Of a stretch of DNA of 64,000 nt, positions 1 through 9,682 are shown piece by piece. The notes under the pieces are model-generated. The model did not search any database. It saw only the letters and a list, made by a program, of their open reading frames with translations, and had not been told where the DNA came from. A program made the translations under genes and the position numbers. Numbering within the stretch: the first letter of the stretch is position 1; each line of letters starts with the position of its first letter. The stretch comes from Dehalococcoidia bacterium (GTDB taxonomy: Bacteria; Chloroflexota; Dehalococcoidia; Bin125), in the NCBI GenBank assembly GCA_965217625.1, contig OZ244557.1, positions 1,799,305-1,863,304 on the forward strand, read 5' to 3'.

Positions 1-202
1 CGCCGGCGCGGCGGCGGGCGGCGCTGTCGCCGCGCTTGCCGAGCGTGATGACCCGTTCGGCGATCGGCCGCAGCTCCTTGGCCTTGGCCTCGGTCGTGAC
101 GATGCGGTCATGGCGCAGCAGGGCGGTGACCTGATTGTGGATCAGGGCCTTCCGGTGCGTCGCGGTGCGCCCCAGCTGACGCCGTGCAATGCGATGGCGC
201 AT
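1..202 (-). CDS. rplQ: 50S ribosomal protein L17, 5' part only (3' end runs off the window)
   Basis: Minus-strand ATG at 200-202 opens [47 protein letters not shown], the canonical L17 N-terminus. It lies directly downstream of rpoA. Confidence 0.9.
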   Translation of the reverse strand, partial: MRHRIARRQLGRTATHRKALIHNQVTALLRHDRIVTTEAKAKELRPIAERVITLGKRGDSAARRRAG

Positions 203-241
203 GGCTGTGTCCGTTCCTGTCCGTTCGCCCCGGCGCCGTCG

Positions 242-1348
242 CTAGGGCCGGATGCCGGGCTCCTGGCCCGCCTCGCGCAGCGCCTCGAGCAGCGCCGTGC
301 CCAGCGAACTGATTTCTTCTTCGGCTTCCCCGGCCGGCTCGGCGTCGGGGGCGTCTTCGCCGGCCGCGGCCGCGACCGCCTCCAGCAGCTCGGCGCTGCC
401 GAGCCGGCCGCGGGGGTCGTCCGGGGCCACGTAGCCGAGCTCGCGCAGGCGGTCCATCAGTTCGAAGAACGACTTATCGCCGAAGTTGCGCAGGCCCAGC
501 AGCTGCTCGTCGGACTTCTCCAGCACCTGCCCAACGGACATCAGACCGCTGCGCTTGAGGCAGTTGAAGGCGCGGACGGAGAGCGAGAGATCCTCGATGG
601 AGACGTTGTAGCGCTCGTGGCTGAGGCCCAGCGCCACGCCCGGCAGCAGGTCGTAGGAGGTGGCCGGGGTGCCCATGTGGACGAACAGGCGCAGCTCGCG
701 CTGGAGGATTTCGGAGGCCCGGCGGACGGCGTCCTCGCCGGTCAGGGAGCCATCGGTCCAGACTTCCAGGATGAGCCGGTCGAGGTCGCTCTCCTGGCCC
801 ACGCGGGTGGGCTGCACGGTGTAGTTGACCTTGCGCACGGGGGTAAAGACGGCGTCCATGGGGATGACGCCGATCGGCATGCCGTCGGTGTGGCCGGCGG
901 GCACGAAGCCGAGGCCGCGCTCGACGTCGAGGGCGGCGCTGAGCCGGGCCGCGGGGGCGTCGAGCGTGGCGATGTGCAACTCCGGGTTGACGATCTCGTA
1001 GTCGCCGGGGACTTCCAGGTCGGCGGCGGTGACGACGCGTTCGCCCGCAACATCGAGGAAGATCTTGGCGGGGCGGTCGGAGAGCGCGCGCAGGCGGATG
1101 CCGCGCAGGTTGAGCAGCAGCTCCGTGGTGTCTTCCTTGATGTGGTCGATGGTGGAGAATTCGTGCTGGACTTGGTCGATGCGGGCGGCGACGACGGCGG
1201 CGCCGGGCAGCGCGGCGAGCAGCACGCGTCGCAGGGCGTTGCCGACGGTCGTGCCGAAGCCGCGGGCGAGCGGCTCGGCGACGAGCCGGACGTAGGTGGC
1301 GGTGGACTCTTCGATGGCGAGCCGGGGGTTGTCTTGCTCGGTAGTCAC
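242..1348 (-). CDS. rpoA: DNA-directed RNA polymerase alpha subunit
   Basis: Contains EPLARGFGTTVGNALRRVLL, the alpha N-terminal domain signature, plus a C-terminal domain. I prefer the GTG at 1346-1348, which has GGGAGGG upstream and clears the rpsD stop at 1410. The ORF track start at 1444 overlaps rpsD. The C-terminus carries an acidic extension. Confidence 0.9.
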   Translation of the reverse strand: MTTEQDNPRLAIEESTATYVRLVAEPLARGFGTTVGNALRRVLLAALPGAAVVAARIDQVQHEFSTIDHIKEDTTELLLNLRGIRLRALSDRPAKIFLDVAGERVVTAADLEVPGDYEIVNPELHIATLDAPAARLSAALDVERGLGFVPAGHTDGMPIGVIPMDAVFTPVRKVNYTVQPTRVGQESDLDRLILEVWTDGSLTGEDAVRRASEILQRELRLFVHMGTPATSYDLLPGVALGLSHERYNVSIEDLSLSVRAFNCLKRSGLMSVGQVLEKSDEQLLGLRNFGDKSFFELMDRLRELGYVAPDDPRGRLGSAELLEAVAAAAGEDAPDAEPAGEAEEEISSLGTALLEALREAGQEPGIRP

Positions 1349-1409
1349 GTGGGGCGGTCCCTCCCGGGCCGTCTCTCCGCTGAGGCGGAGGACGTCTTGG
1401 ATGGCGGTG

Positions 1410-2018
1410 CTAGCGGGAGTAGTACTCAACAATGGCATTCTCATCGAACTTGGTATCGACGTCGGTGCGCAGGGGCAGGGCGGTCAGCGACGCTTCCAGC
1501 TGCAGCGGATCGACGGCGATCCAGCCGGGCACCTCGCGGCCTCCCTGCCACTCTTTCACGTTCTCAAAGAACTTCGTGCCCTTCCCCCGCGCGGTCCAGC
1601 CGATGCGGTCTCCAACCTTGGCCTGAATGGATGGGATGTCGGCCTTGTGGCCGTTGATCGTGATGTGGCCGTGACAGACGATCTGGCGCGCCTGGGGCCG
1701 CGATTCGGCCAGCCCGGCCCGGTAGACGACGTTGTCGAGGCGCAGTTCGAGCAGCTGCACCAGGTTGTCGCCGGTCGCGCCGGAGCGGCGGGTGGCCTCT
1801 TTGTACATGCGCCGGAACTGCCGCTCCAGCACGCCGTAGGTGTAGCGGGCCTTCTGCTTCTCGAGCAGCTGGCGGGCGCGGTCCGAGACCTTGCGCCGGC
1901 GCGGTGATCGCTGGCCGGGCGGGTTGGGGCGCCGCTCGAGGGCGCAGCGCGCCTTCGAGCACAGGGTTTCGCCGGTGCGACGGCAGAGGCGACACGTGGG
2001 TCCGGTGTAACGCGCCAT
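1410..2018 (-). CDS. rpsD: 30S ribosomal protein S4
   Basis: Starts MARYTGPTCRLCRR and ends ...IVEYYSR. Position between rpsK and rpoA is the usual one. Confidence 0.95.
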   Translation of the reverse strand: MARYTGPTCRLCRRTGETLCSKARCALERRPNPPGQRSPRRRKVSDRARQLLEKQKARYTYGVLERQFRRMYKEATRRSGATGDNLVQLLELRLDNVVYRAGLAESRPQARQIVCHGHITINGHKADIPSIQAKVGDRIGWTARGKGTKFFENVKEWQGGREVPGWIAVDPLQLEASLTALPLRTDVDTKFDENAIVEYYSR

Positions 2019-2027
2019 GGGTCGCTC

Positions 2028-2516
2028 CTAGACCCGGCGCCGCTTGCGAGGGCGGCAGCCGTTATGCGGGATGGGTGTGATGTCACGGATGGTGCGCAGC
2101 GCGATGCCGCTGGCCTGTAGGGCGCGGACGGCGGATTCGCGCCCGCTGCCGGGGCCCTTGACGAAGACATCGACCTCGCGGAGGCCGTGGTCCATCGCCT
2201 TGCGGGCGGCGTTCTCGGCCGCGATCTGGGCGGCGTAGGGGGTGCTCTTGCGGGAGCCCTTGACGCCGGTCGAGCCGGCGCTGCCCCAGGCGAGCGTGTT
2301 CCCGTTGAGGTCGGTGAGGGTGATGATCGTGTTGTTGAAGGTCGATTGCACGTAGGCGCGCCCGCGGGGCACGTTCTTGCGCTCCCGGCGCCGGCCGCGT
2401 GCGGCGCGCGCGGGCGCGGGCGCGGTGGTGGCGGGCGCCGTGGCGGCGGGCGCAGCGGCGGCGGGCGGCGCCGGGGCGGCGGGGTCGGGCGGGGGCGTTG
2501 GCTGGTCTTGCACCAT
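2028..2516 (-). CDS. rpsK: 30S ribosomal protein S11 with a Pro/Ala-rich N-terminal extension
   Basis: Core [18 protein letters not shown]...[11 protein letters not shown] is typical S11. About 30 extra P/A-rich residues sit at the N-terminus. Confidence 0.93.
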   Translation of the reverse strand: MVQDQPTPPPDPAAPAPPAAAAPAATAPATTAPAPARAARGRRRERKNVPRGRAYVQSTFNNTIITLTDLNGNTLAWGSAGSTGVKGSRKSTPYAAQIAAENAARKAMDHGLREVDVFVKGPGSGRESAVRALQASGIALRTIRDITPIPHNGCRPRKRRRV

Positions 2517-2554
2517 GCGGTCCTCGGGCTCCTTGGATTCCCTTTGCTGGCGGG

Positions 2555-2938
2555 CTACTTCTTGAGGGCGGCGCGACGACGGCCGGCCACGGTCCGGCGC
2601 GCGCCGCGGCGCGTGCGGGCGTTGGTGCGGGTGCGCTGGCCCCGCAAGGGCAGGTTGCGACGGTGGCGCTGGCCGCGGTAGCAGTTGATGTCGATCAGCC
2701 GCTGGATGTTCTGCCGCGTCTCGCGGCGCAGGTCGCCCTCGACGAGGTAGTCGCGGTCGATGATCTCGCGCAGGCGGGAGATCTCCGACTCGGTCAGCTC
2801 GCGCATGCGCTTGTCGGGGTTGAGCTGGCTCTTGCGCACGATCTCCCGCGCGCGAGTGGCCCCAATGCCGTAGATGTAGCGCAGGGCGTACTGGATCTTC
2901 TTGTCGTCCGGCACGTCGACGCCGGAAATGCGGGCCAT
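2555..2938 (-). CDS. rpsM: 30S ribosomal protein S13
   Basis: [26 protein letters not shown] starts at the ATG at 2936-2938. The track ORF extends 18 codons further upstream. Confidence 0.93.
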   Translation of the reverse strand: MARISGVDVPDDKKIQYALRYIYGIGATRAREIVRKSQLNPDKRMRELTESEISRLREIIDRDYLVEGDLRRETRQNIQRLIDINCYRGQRHRRNLPLRGQRTRTNARTRRGARRTVAGRRRAALKK

Positions 2939-3032
2939 CGTGCTCCTCCTCGTTCCGTTTCCGTTCGTTCCCGATTCCCGCTCCGCGCCCACCCGGACGG
3001 CGACATCCCCCGGCCGGGAGGCCCCAAGCGGG

Positions 3033-3806
3033 TCAGTCCCAGGCGGTCAGGACATCTGCCGGCTCCCCGTCCCGGAGGGCCATTGTGTGTTCGAAGTGAG
3101 CAGAAAGTTTGCCATCTTTTGTGCAGACGGTCCAGCCGTCCGCTAACTCTACGGTCTCCGGGCTGCCAATGGTGGCCATTGGCTCCAGCGCGACGACCAT
3201 TCCGCAGCGCATAATCATGCCGCTGCCCGCGCGGCCGTAGTTCGGCATGCTGGGCGGCTCGTGCATGGCGCGGCCGACGCCATGCCCGACATACTTCCGC
3301 ACCACACCATAGCCCGCGTCCTCGAGCACCGCCTGGATGGCAGCGCCGATGTCGCCCTTGCGGACGCCGACGCGCGCGACATCGATGCCGACCCGCAGCG
3401 ACTCCCGGGTGACGTCGATCAGGCGCTGGGCCTCAGCCGACACCGTCCCGACGGGCACGGTGATGGCGGAGTCCGCCACCCAACCACCGACCGTCGCGCC
3501 GTGGTCGATGGAGAGGATGTCGCCGTCCTCCAGGATACGATCGGTGGCGAAGCCGTGGACGAGCTGTTCGTTCACGGAGGCACAGATGGCGTCGGGGAAG
3601 CCGTGGTAGCCCACGAAGGTGGGCACGACGCCGAGGCGGTCGTACTTGCGCACGACGTGCTGGTTGAGGGCCGCGAGGCGGCGGCCAGGGCGCACCATCG
3701 CGGCGAGCTCCTGCAGCGTTTCGGCGACCAGGCGGCCGGCCGCGCGCATCTGCTCGATCTCCGCCGGGCTCTTGAGGATCACCTGGTTCGCGCGCCCGTC
3801 GAGCAT
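3033..3806 (-). CDS. map: Methionine aminopeptidase type I
   Basis: Reads [24 protein letters not shown]...[11 protein letters not shown]...FEHT. The ATG at 3804-3806 overlaps the adk stop as ATGA. The Arg-rich upstream part of the track ORF is rejected. Confidence 0.92.
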   Translation of the reverse strand: MLDGRANQVILKSPAEIEQMRAAGRLVAETLQELAAMVRPGRRLAALNQHVVRKYDRLGVVPTFVGYHGFPDAICASVNEQLVHGFATDRILEDGDILSIDHGATVGGWVADSAITVPVGTVSAEAQRLIDVTRESLRVGIDVARVGVRKGDIGAAIQAVLEDAGYGVVRKYVGHGVGRAMHEPPSMPNYGRAGSGMIMRCGMVVALEPMATIGSPETVELADGWTVCTKDGKLSAHFEHTMALRDGEPADVLTAWD

Positions 3807-4468
3807 CAGCGCCCCTCCGGCAGGCCAGTCGGCAGAGCGGCCAGCAGGTCGGCGCCGACGCCGGCGGGAGGGCGGGCGCCGTCGATGCGGACGAGGCGGC
3901 CGGCCGTCTCGTAGAAGGCGATCAGGGGGGCGGTCTGCTGGGCGTAGACGGAGAGCCGCCGATCGATCGCGGCCGGGGTGTCGTCGTCGCGCTGGGTCAG
4001 CGCGGCGCCGCAGCGGTCGCATGCGCCGGCGGTCGTGGGGGGGTTGTTCGTCTCGTGGTAGACCGAGCCGTCGGCGGGGCAGGTCCAGCGGCCGCCCAGG
4101 CGGGCGCGGACCTCGTCGGGCGGCACGTCGATCAGGAGCGCCGCGTCGACCGCTTGGTCGCGCTCGGCGAGGGCGTCATCGAGGGCGCGCGCTTGCTCGA
4201 CGGTGCGGGGGAAGCCGTCGAGCAGGGACCCGGCGGCGGCATCGGGCCGGTCCATGCGCTCGCGCAGCATGGCGATCGTGACGGCGTCGGGGACGAGTTC
4301 GCCGCGGTCCATGTACTGCTTCGCCAGGCGGCCGAGGTCGGTGCCGCCGCGCACATTCTCGCGGAACATGTCGCCCGTGGCGACGTGCACGAGGCCCGTC
4401 GCCTGCACGATGCGGGCGGCCTGGGTGCCTTTGCCGGCGCCGGGGGGGCCGAGCAGGATGATGTGCAT
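3806..4468 (-). CDS. adk: Adenylate kinase
   Basis: MHIILLGPPGAGKGTQA P-loop and a lid region with CDRCG. Located between secY and map. Confidence 0.95.
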   Translation of the reverse strand: MHIILLGPPGAGKGTQAARIVQATGLVHVATGDMFRENVRGGTDLGRLAKQYMDRGELVPDAVTIAMLRERMDRPDAAAGSLLDGFPRTVEQARALDDALAERDQAVDAALLIDVPPDEVRARLGGRWTCPADGSVYHETNNPPTTAGACDRCGAALTQRDDDTPAAIDRRLSVYAQQTAPLIAFYETAGRLVRIDGARPPAGVGADLLAALPTGLPEGR

Positions 4469-4470
4469 CG

Positions 4471-6222
4471 CTAGCGGATGAACCCTTCGTAGTTGCGCAT
4501 GAGGAGTTGCGACTCGACCTGCTTCATGGTGTCGAGGGCGACGCCGACGACGATCAGCAGGCCGGTGCTGGAGATCGTGAGGGCCTGACTGTCGGGGATG
4601 AACTCGGTCGTCAGGAAGGGCACGATCGCGATGAAGCCGAGGAAGAGGGCGCCCGCGAAGGTGATGCGAACCAGCACCTTGTTGACGTAGTCCTGCGTGG
4701 GACGGCCGGGACGGATGCCGGGCACGAAGCCGCCCTGCTTCTGCAGGTTCTCGGAGATGTTCTGCTGCTGGAAGGTGACCACGGTGTAGAAGAACGTGAA
4801 GCCCATGACGAGCAGGAAGGAGAGCGCCCAGTACAGCGGGCGGCCGGGGGAGAAGTTCTCCTCGACCCAGGAGGCGGCGCGCACGGCGACGCCCGGGCGC
4901 TGGCCGGCGATCTGCCCCTCGACGGCGTCGACGGTGAACGGATCGTCGGGGCCATCGAGGTGGGTGCGCACCGCCGTCTGGGCGATGAGGTCGCCCTCGA
5001 TGTCGTCCAGGACGATGAGCCCGGTTCCGATCTCGTTGTTCTCGATGCTCCAGGTGGGCACGATCTGGCCGCTGCCGGGGTCGGTTTGCGCTTCGACGCG
5101 GGTGAGCACGTTGGCCTTGTTGGCGCGGTTGATGTCATCGATGACGTCGCGGAAGGTGTCCTCCTCGGCGTTCCAGGCGACCTCGCCGGCGTTGACGAGG
5201 ATCGTCCCCTCGGCGGCGATGCCGGGGAAGGCCTCGGCCAGCGACAGTTCGTCGGCCTGGTCGGCGGCGAAGGGCAGCTCGACGCGGGTGCGGGTGGCGG
5301 TGTCGTCGCCGGCCGTGCCGGTCACCCAGCCGGCGATGACGGAGGGGAAGATGATGATCGAGAAGGCGAAGATGAGCGGGATCATGCCGGCGCTGTTAAC
5401 GCGCAGGGGGATATGACTCTGCCCGCTCTGCCGGTACATGCGTCCGCCCCGGAAGACGGACCGGGCGTACTGCACGGGGATGCGTCGCTGGGCTTCCTGG
5501 AAGAAGACGATCAGGGCGACCAGGACCAGGGCGATGGCGACCACGATCAGGATGCCGCTGGCGCCGGTGTCGCTGGCGCGGATGGAGTTGAACAGCGTGG
5601 GGAAGCTGGCGATGATGCCGCCGAAGATGATCAGCGAGATGCCGTTGCCGATGCCGCGCTCCGTGATCAGCTCGCCCAGCCAGATCAGGAACATCGTGCC
5701 GGCGGTCATCGAGATGACGGCCGAGAGCGTGGGCAGGGCGTCGGCGCCGCTGAAGCCGATGCCGGAGATCGCGTTGGCGTTCTCGAGCAGCAGCAACTGG
5801 CCGTAGCCCTGCACCACCGACATGGGCAGCGCGAACCAGTAGGTGTAGAGGCCGATCTTGTTGCGGCCCGCCTCGCCCTCCTTGGAGAGCGCCTGCAGGC
5901 GGGGGATCATCGGCGTCATCAGCTGCATGACGATGGACGCGGTGATGTAGGGATAGACGCCCAGCGCGACGATGCTGAGGTTCTCCAGGCCGCCGCCGCT
6001 GAACAGGTTGAGGAAGCCCAGCACGGGGTTGTTCTGCAGGGCGTTGTCGAGCTGGACGAGGTTGACGTTGGGCACGGGCACGTGCGCGAGGAAGCGGAAG
6101 ACCACCAGCATCGCCAGCGTGAAGGCGAGCTTGCGGCGGACGTCCGGCTGGCGCCAGGCGTCGACGAGGGCCTGGAGCAGGCGCGGTCTAGTTGGACTCT
6201 GCGCCGTCGGGGCTCGCTGCAT
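4471..6222 (-). CDS. secY: Preprotein translocase SecY carrying a roughly 150-aa insertion
   Basis: Conserved blocks are present: LNLFSGGGLENLSIVALGVYPYITASIVMQL, ITERGIGNGISLIIF and GGFVPGIRPGRPT. GAGGAG lies 4 nt upstream of the ATG at 6220-6222. At 583 aa it is far longer than usual. Confidence 0.93.
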   Translation of the reverse strand: MQRAPTAQSPTRPRLLQALVDAWRQPDVRRKLAFTLAMLVVFRFLAHVPVPNVNLVQLDNALQNNPVLGFLNLFSGGGLENLSIVALGVYPYITASIVMQLMTPMIPRLQALSKEGEAGRNKIGLYTYWFALPMSVVQGYGQLLLLENANAISGIGFSGADALPTLSAVISMTAGTMFLIWLGELITERGIGNGISLIIFGGIIASFPTLFNSIRASDTGASGILIVVAIALVLVALIVFFQEAQRRIPVQYARSVFRGGRMYRQSGQSHIPLRVNSAGMIPLIFAFSIIIFPSVIAGWVTGTAGDDTATRTRVELPFAADQADELSLAEAFPGIAAEGTILVNAGEVAWNAEEDTFRDVIDDINRANKANVLTRVEAQTDPGSGQIVPTWSIENNEIGTGLIVLDDIEGDLIAQTAVRTHLDGPDDPFTVDAVEGQIAGQRPGVAVRAASWVEENFSPGRPLYWALSFLLVMGFTFFYTVVTFQQQNISENLQKQGGFVPGIRPGRPTQDYVNKVLVRITFAGALFLGFIAIVPFLTTEFIPDSQALTISSTGLLIVVGVALDTMKQVESQLLMRNYEGFIR

Positions 6223-6673
6223 TCAGCTCCTCAATGGTTCCACCCGCGGCTTCGATCTTCCGGCGCGCGGCAGCCGAGACCTTGGGGGCGCGCAGCGTGA
6301 GGGCGTGGGACAACTCGCCGCCGGCCAGGACTTTGAACGGCTCATCGGCGCGCTTCAGCAGCCGCGCGCCCACGAGCGCCGCCGCATCGACGGTGGCGCC
6401 CGCCGGGAAGCGATCGCCCAGCGCGCCGACGTTGATCGCGGTGTACTCGACGCGGAAGGGATTGCGGAAGCCCGGTTTGCGCGGCAGCTTGCGGATCAGG
6501 GGCATCTGGCCGCCCTCGAAGCCGGGACGGAGGTCGTGCCCGGAGCGCGACTTCTGGCCCTTGAGGCCCTTGCCGGCGTAGGTGCCGCCGCCGGCGGCGT
6601 TGCCGCGGCCGATGCGCTTGCGGGGCCGGGTGGCCCCAGCGGGCGGACGCAGGTCGTTGGCGCGAAGTGGCAT
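6188..6673 (-). CDS. rplO: 50S ribosomal protein L15
   Basis: Contains RKRIGRGNAAGGGTYAGKGLKGQKSRSG. Positioned upstream of secY, which it overlaps by 35 nt. Confidence 0.93.
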   Translation of the reverse strand: MPLRANDLRPPAGATRPRKRIGRGNAAGGGTYAGKGLKGQKSRSGHDLRPGFEGGQMPLIRKLPRKPGFRNPFRVEYTAINVGALGDRFPAGATVDAAALVGARLLKRADEPFKVLAGGELSHALTLRAPKVSAAARRKIEAAGGTIEELNAASPDGAESN

Positions 6674-6676
6674 GAC

Positions 6677-6859
6677 TCAATCGACCTCACTCACCGCCAC
6701 CAAGTGCGCCACCTTGCGGAGCATACCACGCACATCAGGCGTATCCGGCTTCTCGACGCTCTGTCCCAGGCGGCGCAGACCCAGGGATCGGACGGTGTGC
6801 TCCTGGTCCGATCGATGGCCGATGGCGCTCTTGACGTAGGTGATCTGCAACGTGGCCAT
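6677..6859 (-). CDS. rpmD: 50S ribosomal protein L30
   Basis: 60 aa, [33 protein letters not shown]. Lies between rpsE and rplO. Confidence 0.9.
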   Translation of the reverse strand: MATLQITYVKSAIGHRSDQEHTVRSLGLRRLGQSVEKPDTPDVRGMLRKVAHLVAVSEVD

Positions 6860-6862
6860 GGG

Positions 6863-7459
6863 CTACTCCGTCGCCGGGGCGGCCGGCGCCGGCTCGGGCG
6901 GCGCGGCGGGCAGGCGGCCGGCCAGGGCCAGGCGCTCGCGCCGCACCTCCACCGGGTCGCGCAGCAGCTGCAGCGCTTCGATGGTGGCGCGCACGACGTT
7001 GATCACGTTGTTGGATCCCAGCGACTTGGTCAGCACGTTGCGCACGCCGGCCGCCTCGAGGATGGCGCGCACGCCACCGCCGGCGATGACGCCGGTGCCG
7101 GGCGCGGCGGGCTTGAGCATGACGCGGGCAGCGCCGAAGTCGTGCGTGATGGGGTGCGGCAGGGTGCCGTCGCGCAGCGGCACGGTGATCATGTTGCGGC
7201 GGGCGACGGTCGCGCCCTTACGGATCGCCTCGGGCACCTCGTTGGCGCGGCCGATGCCGACGCCGACCTTGCCCTTCTGGTCACCGGCGACGATGACGGC
7301 GGTGAAGGAGAAGCGCCGCCCGCCCTTGACGACCTTCGCGACGCGGTTGATGGAGACGACCTTCTCGACGACATCGTCACCGGGGCGATCGTCGCGGCGG
7401 CGGCGATCCCCGCGGTCACGTCCACCGCCGCCGCCTCCGCCTCCTCGATACTGGACCAT
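6863..7459 (-). CDS. rpsE: 30S ribosomal protein S5
   Basis: Contains [27 protein letters not shown]. The N-terminus is Gly/Arg/Asp-rich. Confidence 0.93.
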   Translation of the reverse strand: MVQYRGGGGGGGGRDRGDRRRRDDRPGDDVVEKVVSINRVAKVVKGGRRFSFTAVIVAGDQKGKVGVGIGRANEVPEAIRKGATVARRNMITVPLRDGTLPHPITHDFGAARVMLKPAAPGTGVIAGGGVRAILEAAGVRNVLTKSLGSNNVINVVRATIEALQLLRDPVEVRRERLALAGRLPAAPPEPAPAAPATE

Positions 7460-7469
7460 GGGCAGCTCC

Positions 7470-7838
7470 CTAGAAGTTCAGGCCGCCGGCACGGGCGGCG
7501 TCGGCCAGCGCTCGCACGCGGCCGTGATATTGGAAGCCTCCACGGTCGAAGACGACCCGCGTGACCCCGGCGGATGTGGCGCGTTCGGCGACGCGGGCGC
7601 CCACGGTCGTGGCGCGGGCGGTCTTGTCGCCGCTGCTGCGCAGGTCGGCTTCGACGTCGGAGGCGGCAGCGAGGGTGCGCTGGGCGTCGTCGTCGATGAC
7701 CTGGCAGTAGATGTGGCTGTTGGACCGGAAGACGGCGAGGCGCGGGCGATCGGCCGTGCCGCGCACGTGCTTGCGCACGCGGGCGTGGCGGCGGATGCGG
7801 GCGGCGCGCGAATTGCGGCGGCTGCGTCGGGTTCCCAT
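7470..7838 (-). CDS. rplR: 50S ribosomal protein L18
   Basis: Reads [20 protein letters not shown]...[20 protein letters not shown]. Confidence 0.93.
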   Translation of the reverse strand: MGTRRSRRNSRAARIRRHARVRKHVRGTADRPRLAVFRSNSHIYCQVIDDDAQRTLAAASDVEADLRSSGDKTARATTVGARVAERATSAGVTRVVFDRGGFQYHGRVRALADAARAGGLNF

Positions 7839-7847
7839 CTGTCGCTC

Positions 7848-8393
7848 CTAGCCGCCGACGCCGGCGGCGCCCTTGCCGGCCTTGCGGCGGACCCATTCGC
7901 CCTGGTAGCGAATGCCCTTGCCCTTGTAGGGCTCGGGGGGCCGAATCTTTCGGATCTCGGCGGCCTGCTGGCCGACGGCCTGCTTGCTGATGCCACTGAC
8001 CCGGACGAGCTGGCCTTCGACCGCGAGGCTGATGCCCGGGTGCGGCTCGACGACGACCGGGTGCGAGAAGCCGACGCGCAGGTTGACGTTCTCGCCCACC
8101 ATCTCCGCCCGGTAGCCGGTGCCCTGGATCTCGAGCACCTTGGTGAAGCCCTCGGAGACGCCGAGCACCATGTTGTTGATCAACGCGCGCGTGAGGCCGT
8201 GCAGGGCGCGCATGCTGCGCTTGTCGGTGGGGCGCGTGACGGTGACCTCGTCGCCCGCGACGCGGATCTCGATGGGCGCGGGCGCCTGCCAGGCGAGCTC
8301 GCCCTTGGGGCCCGTCACGGAGACCAGACCAGCATCGACGCTGACCGCGACGCCGCTGGGGATGGGGATTGGCAGTCGTCCAACTCGGCTCAT
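7848..8393 (-). CDS. rplF: 50S ribosomal protein L6
   Basis: Reads MSRVGRLPIPIPSGV...PEPYKGKGIRY. Confidence 0.93.
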   Translation of the reverse strand: MSRVGRLPIPIPSGVAVSVDAGLVSVTGPKGELAWQAPAPIEIRVAGDEVTVTRPTDKRSMRALHGLTRALINNMVLGVSEGFTKVLEIQGTGYRAEMVGENVNLRVGFSHPVVVEPHPGISLAVEGQLVRVSGISKQAVGQQAAEIRKIRPPEPYKGKGIRYQGEWVRRKAGKGAAGVGG

Positions 8394-8397
8394 GAGG

Positions 8398-8802
8398 TCA
8401 CCATACGTAGCACAGCACTTCCCCGCCGACGTTCTGGCGGCGCGCGTCGCGGCCGGTCATCACGCCGCGCGGCGTGGACATGATGGCGACGCCGAGGCCG
8501 CCGTACACGCGGGGGATCTCGCGGCGCTGCACGTAGACGCGCAGGCCGGGACGGCTGACGCGCTGCAGGCCGGCGAGGACGGAGTCGCCGCCCTCCTTGT
8601 AGAGCAGTTCGATGTCGATCTCGGGCTGCGGGCCGCGGGTGGAGTCGCGGGTCTGGTAGCTCTTGATGAAGCCTTCCTCGGCCAGCACGTCCGCGATCGC
8701 CACCTTCATCTTCGAGGCGGGCACGCGGACGCGGGCGTGTCGCGCGGTGACCGCGTTGCGGATCCGGGCGAGCATGTCGGCGATGGGATCGGTAACGGGC
8801 AT
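8398..8802 (-). CDS. rpsH: 30S ribosomal protein S8
   Basis: [17 protein letters not shown] starts at the ATG at 8800-8802, and the protein ends GGEVLCYVW. The upstream part of track ORF 8398-9387 is an out-of-frame shadow of rplE. Confidence 0.93.
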   Translation of the reverse strand: MPVTDPIADMLARIRNAVTARHARVRVPASKMKVAIADVLAEEGFIKSYQTRDSTRGPQPEIDIELLYKEGGDSVLAGLQRVSRPGLRVYVQRREIPRVYGGLGVAIMSTPRGVMTGRDARRQNVGGEVLCYVW

Positions 8803-8813
8803 CGCGATGGCTC

Positions 8814-9368
8814 CTAGTTGTCCGACCGGGCGAAGGGCATGCCGAGCAGCTCGAGCAGGCGCCGCGCCTCGGCATCGTTCTGGGCGGAGGTCAGCACGTT
8901 GACCTGCAGACCGCGGATGCGGTCGACGGTGCTGAACTCGATCTCGGGGAACACGATCTGTTCGCGCAGGCCAATGCTGTAGTTGCCGCGGCCGTCGAAG
9001 GCGGTGCGGGAGAGGCCCTGGAAGTCGCGGATGCGGGGCAGCGTGGCGTTGATCGTGCGGTCGAGGAACTCCCACATGCGATCGCCGCGCAGGGTCACGG
9101 TGACGCCGACGGGGTTCCCCTCGCGCAGCTTGAAGTTGGCGATCGATTTGCGGGCGCGGGTGATGACGGGGCGCTGGCCGGTGATCTGGCCGATCTCGGC
9201 CGCGACGATGTCGAGCACGCGGGCGTTGCCGAGCGCCTCGCCGAGGCCCACGTTGACCACGACCCGGGTCACGCGCGGGACCTGCATGATGCTGGAATAG
9301 CGGAACTCCTCCTGGAGCTTGGTTTGGATCTCGTCGCGGTAGCGCTGCTTGAGCCGGGGGACGGGCAT
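8814..9368 (-). CDS. rplE: 50S ribosomal protein L5
   Basis: Reads [14 protein letters not shown]...[13 protein letters not shown]. Confidence 0.93.
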   Translation of the reverse strand: MPVPRLKQRYRDEIQTKLQEEFRYSSIMQVPRVTRVVVNVGLGEALGNARVLDIVAAEIGQITGQRPVITRARKSIANFKLREGNPVGVTVTLRGDRMWEFLDRTINATLPRIRDFQGLSRTAFDGRGNYSIGLREQIVFPEIEFSTVDRIRGLQVNVLTSAQNDAEARRLLELLGMPFARSDN

Positions 9369-9682
9369 CAGTCCAGATCCTCCTCACAGCGACGGCAGAA
9401 GCGGACCTTGACGCCGTCGGACCGGCGACGGAAGCCCACGCGCGTGCGCTTGTCGCAGTCGGCGCAGACGACGGCCACCTTGCTCCAGTGCAGGGGGGCC
9501 TCGACCTCGATGATGCCGGCCTGCGTGCCGAGCTGGCGCGCCTTCATGTGTTTCTTGACGATGTTGACGCCTTGCACGATCACGCGGCCGCGCTCGGGCT
9601 GCAGCTCGCGGACCTGGCCGCGGCGGCCGCGGTCCTTGCCGCTGATGATCTCCACGACGTCGTCCTGGCGCAGGCGGCGCAT
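9368..9682 (-). CDS. rplX: 50S ribosomal protein L24 (Cys4 zinc-ribbon C-terminus)
   Basis: Reads [24 protein letters not shown]...VNIVKKH with a CADC...CRRC tail. The ATG at 9680-9682 overlaps the rplN stop as ATGA. Confidence 0.9.
   Translation of the reverse strand: MRRLRQDDVVEIISGKDRGRRGQVRELQPERGRVIVQGVNIVKKHMKARQLGTQAGIIEVEAPLHWSKVAVVCADCDKRTRVGFRRRSDGVKVRFCRRCEEDLD

Noticed and set aside
110-8483. Series of long plus-strand ORFs (110-1657, 4507-6300, 5972-7564, 6840-8483 and similar ones throughout the window)
   Set aside because: All are antisense to well-supported minus-strand ribosomal or secY genes. All translate to Arg/Gly/Ala/Asp-rich low-complexity sequence.
9368-9470. Cys4 (CADC...CRRC) tail on L24 as a possible novelty
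   Set aside because: As I recall, a comparable zinc-ribbon C-terminus exists in Thermus thermophilus L24 (CPAC...CAKC). It is therefore a known variant rather than a new feature.
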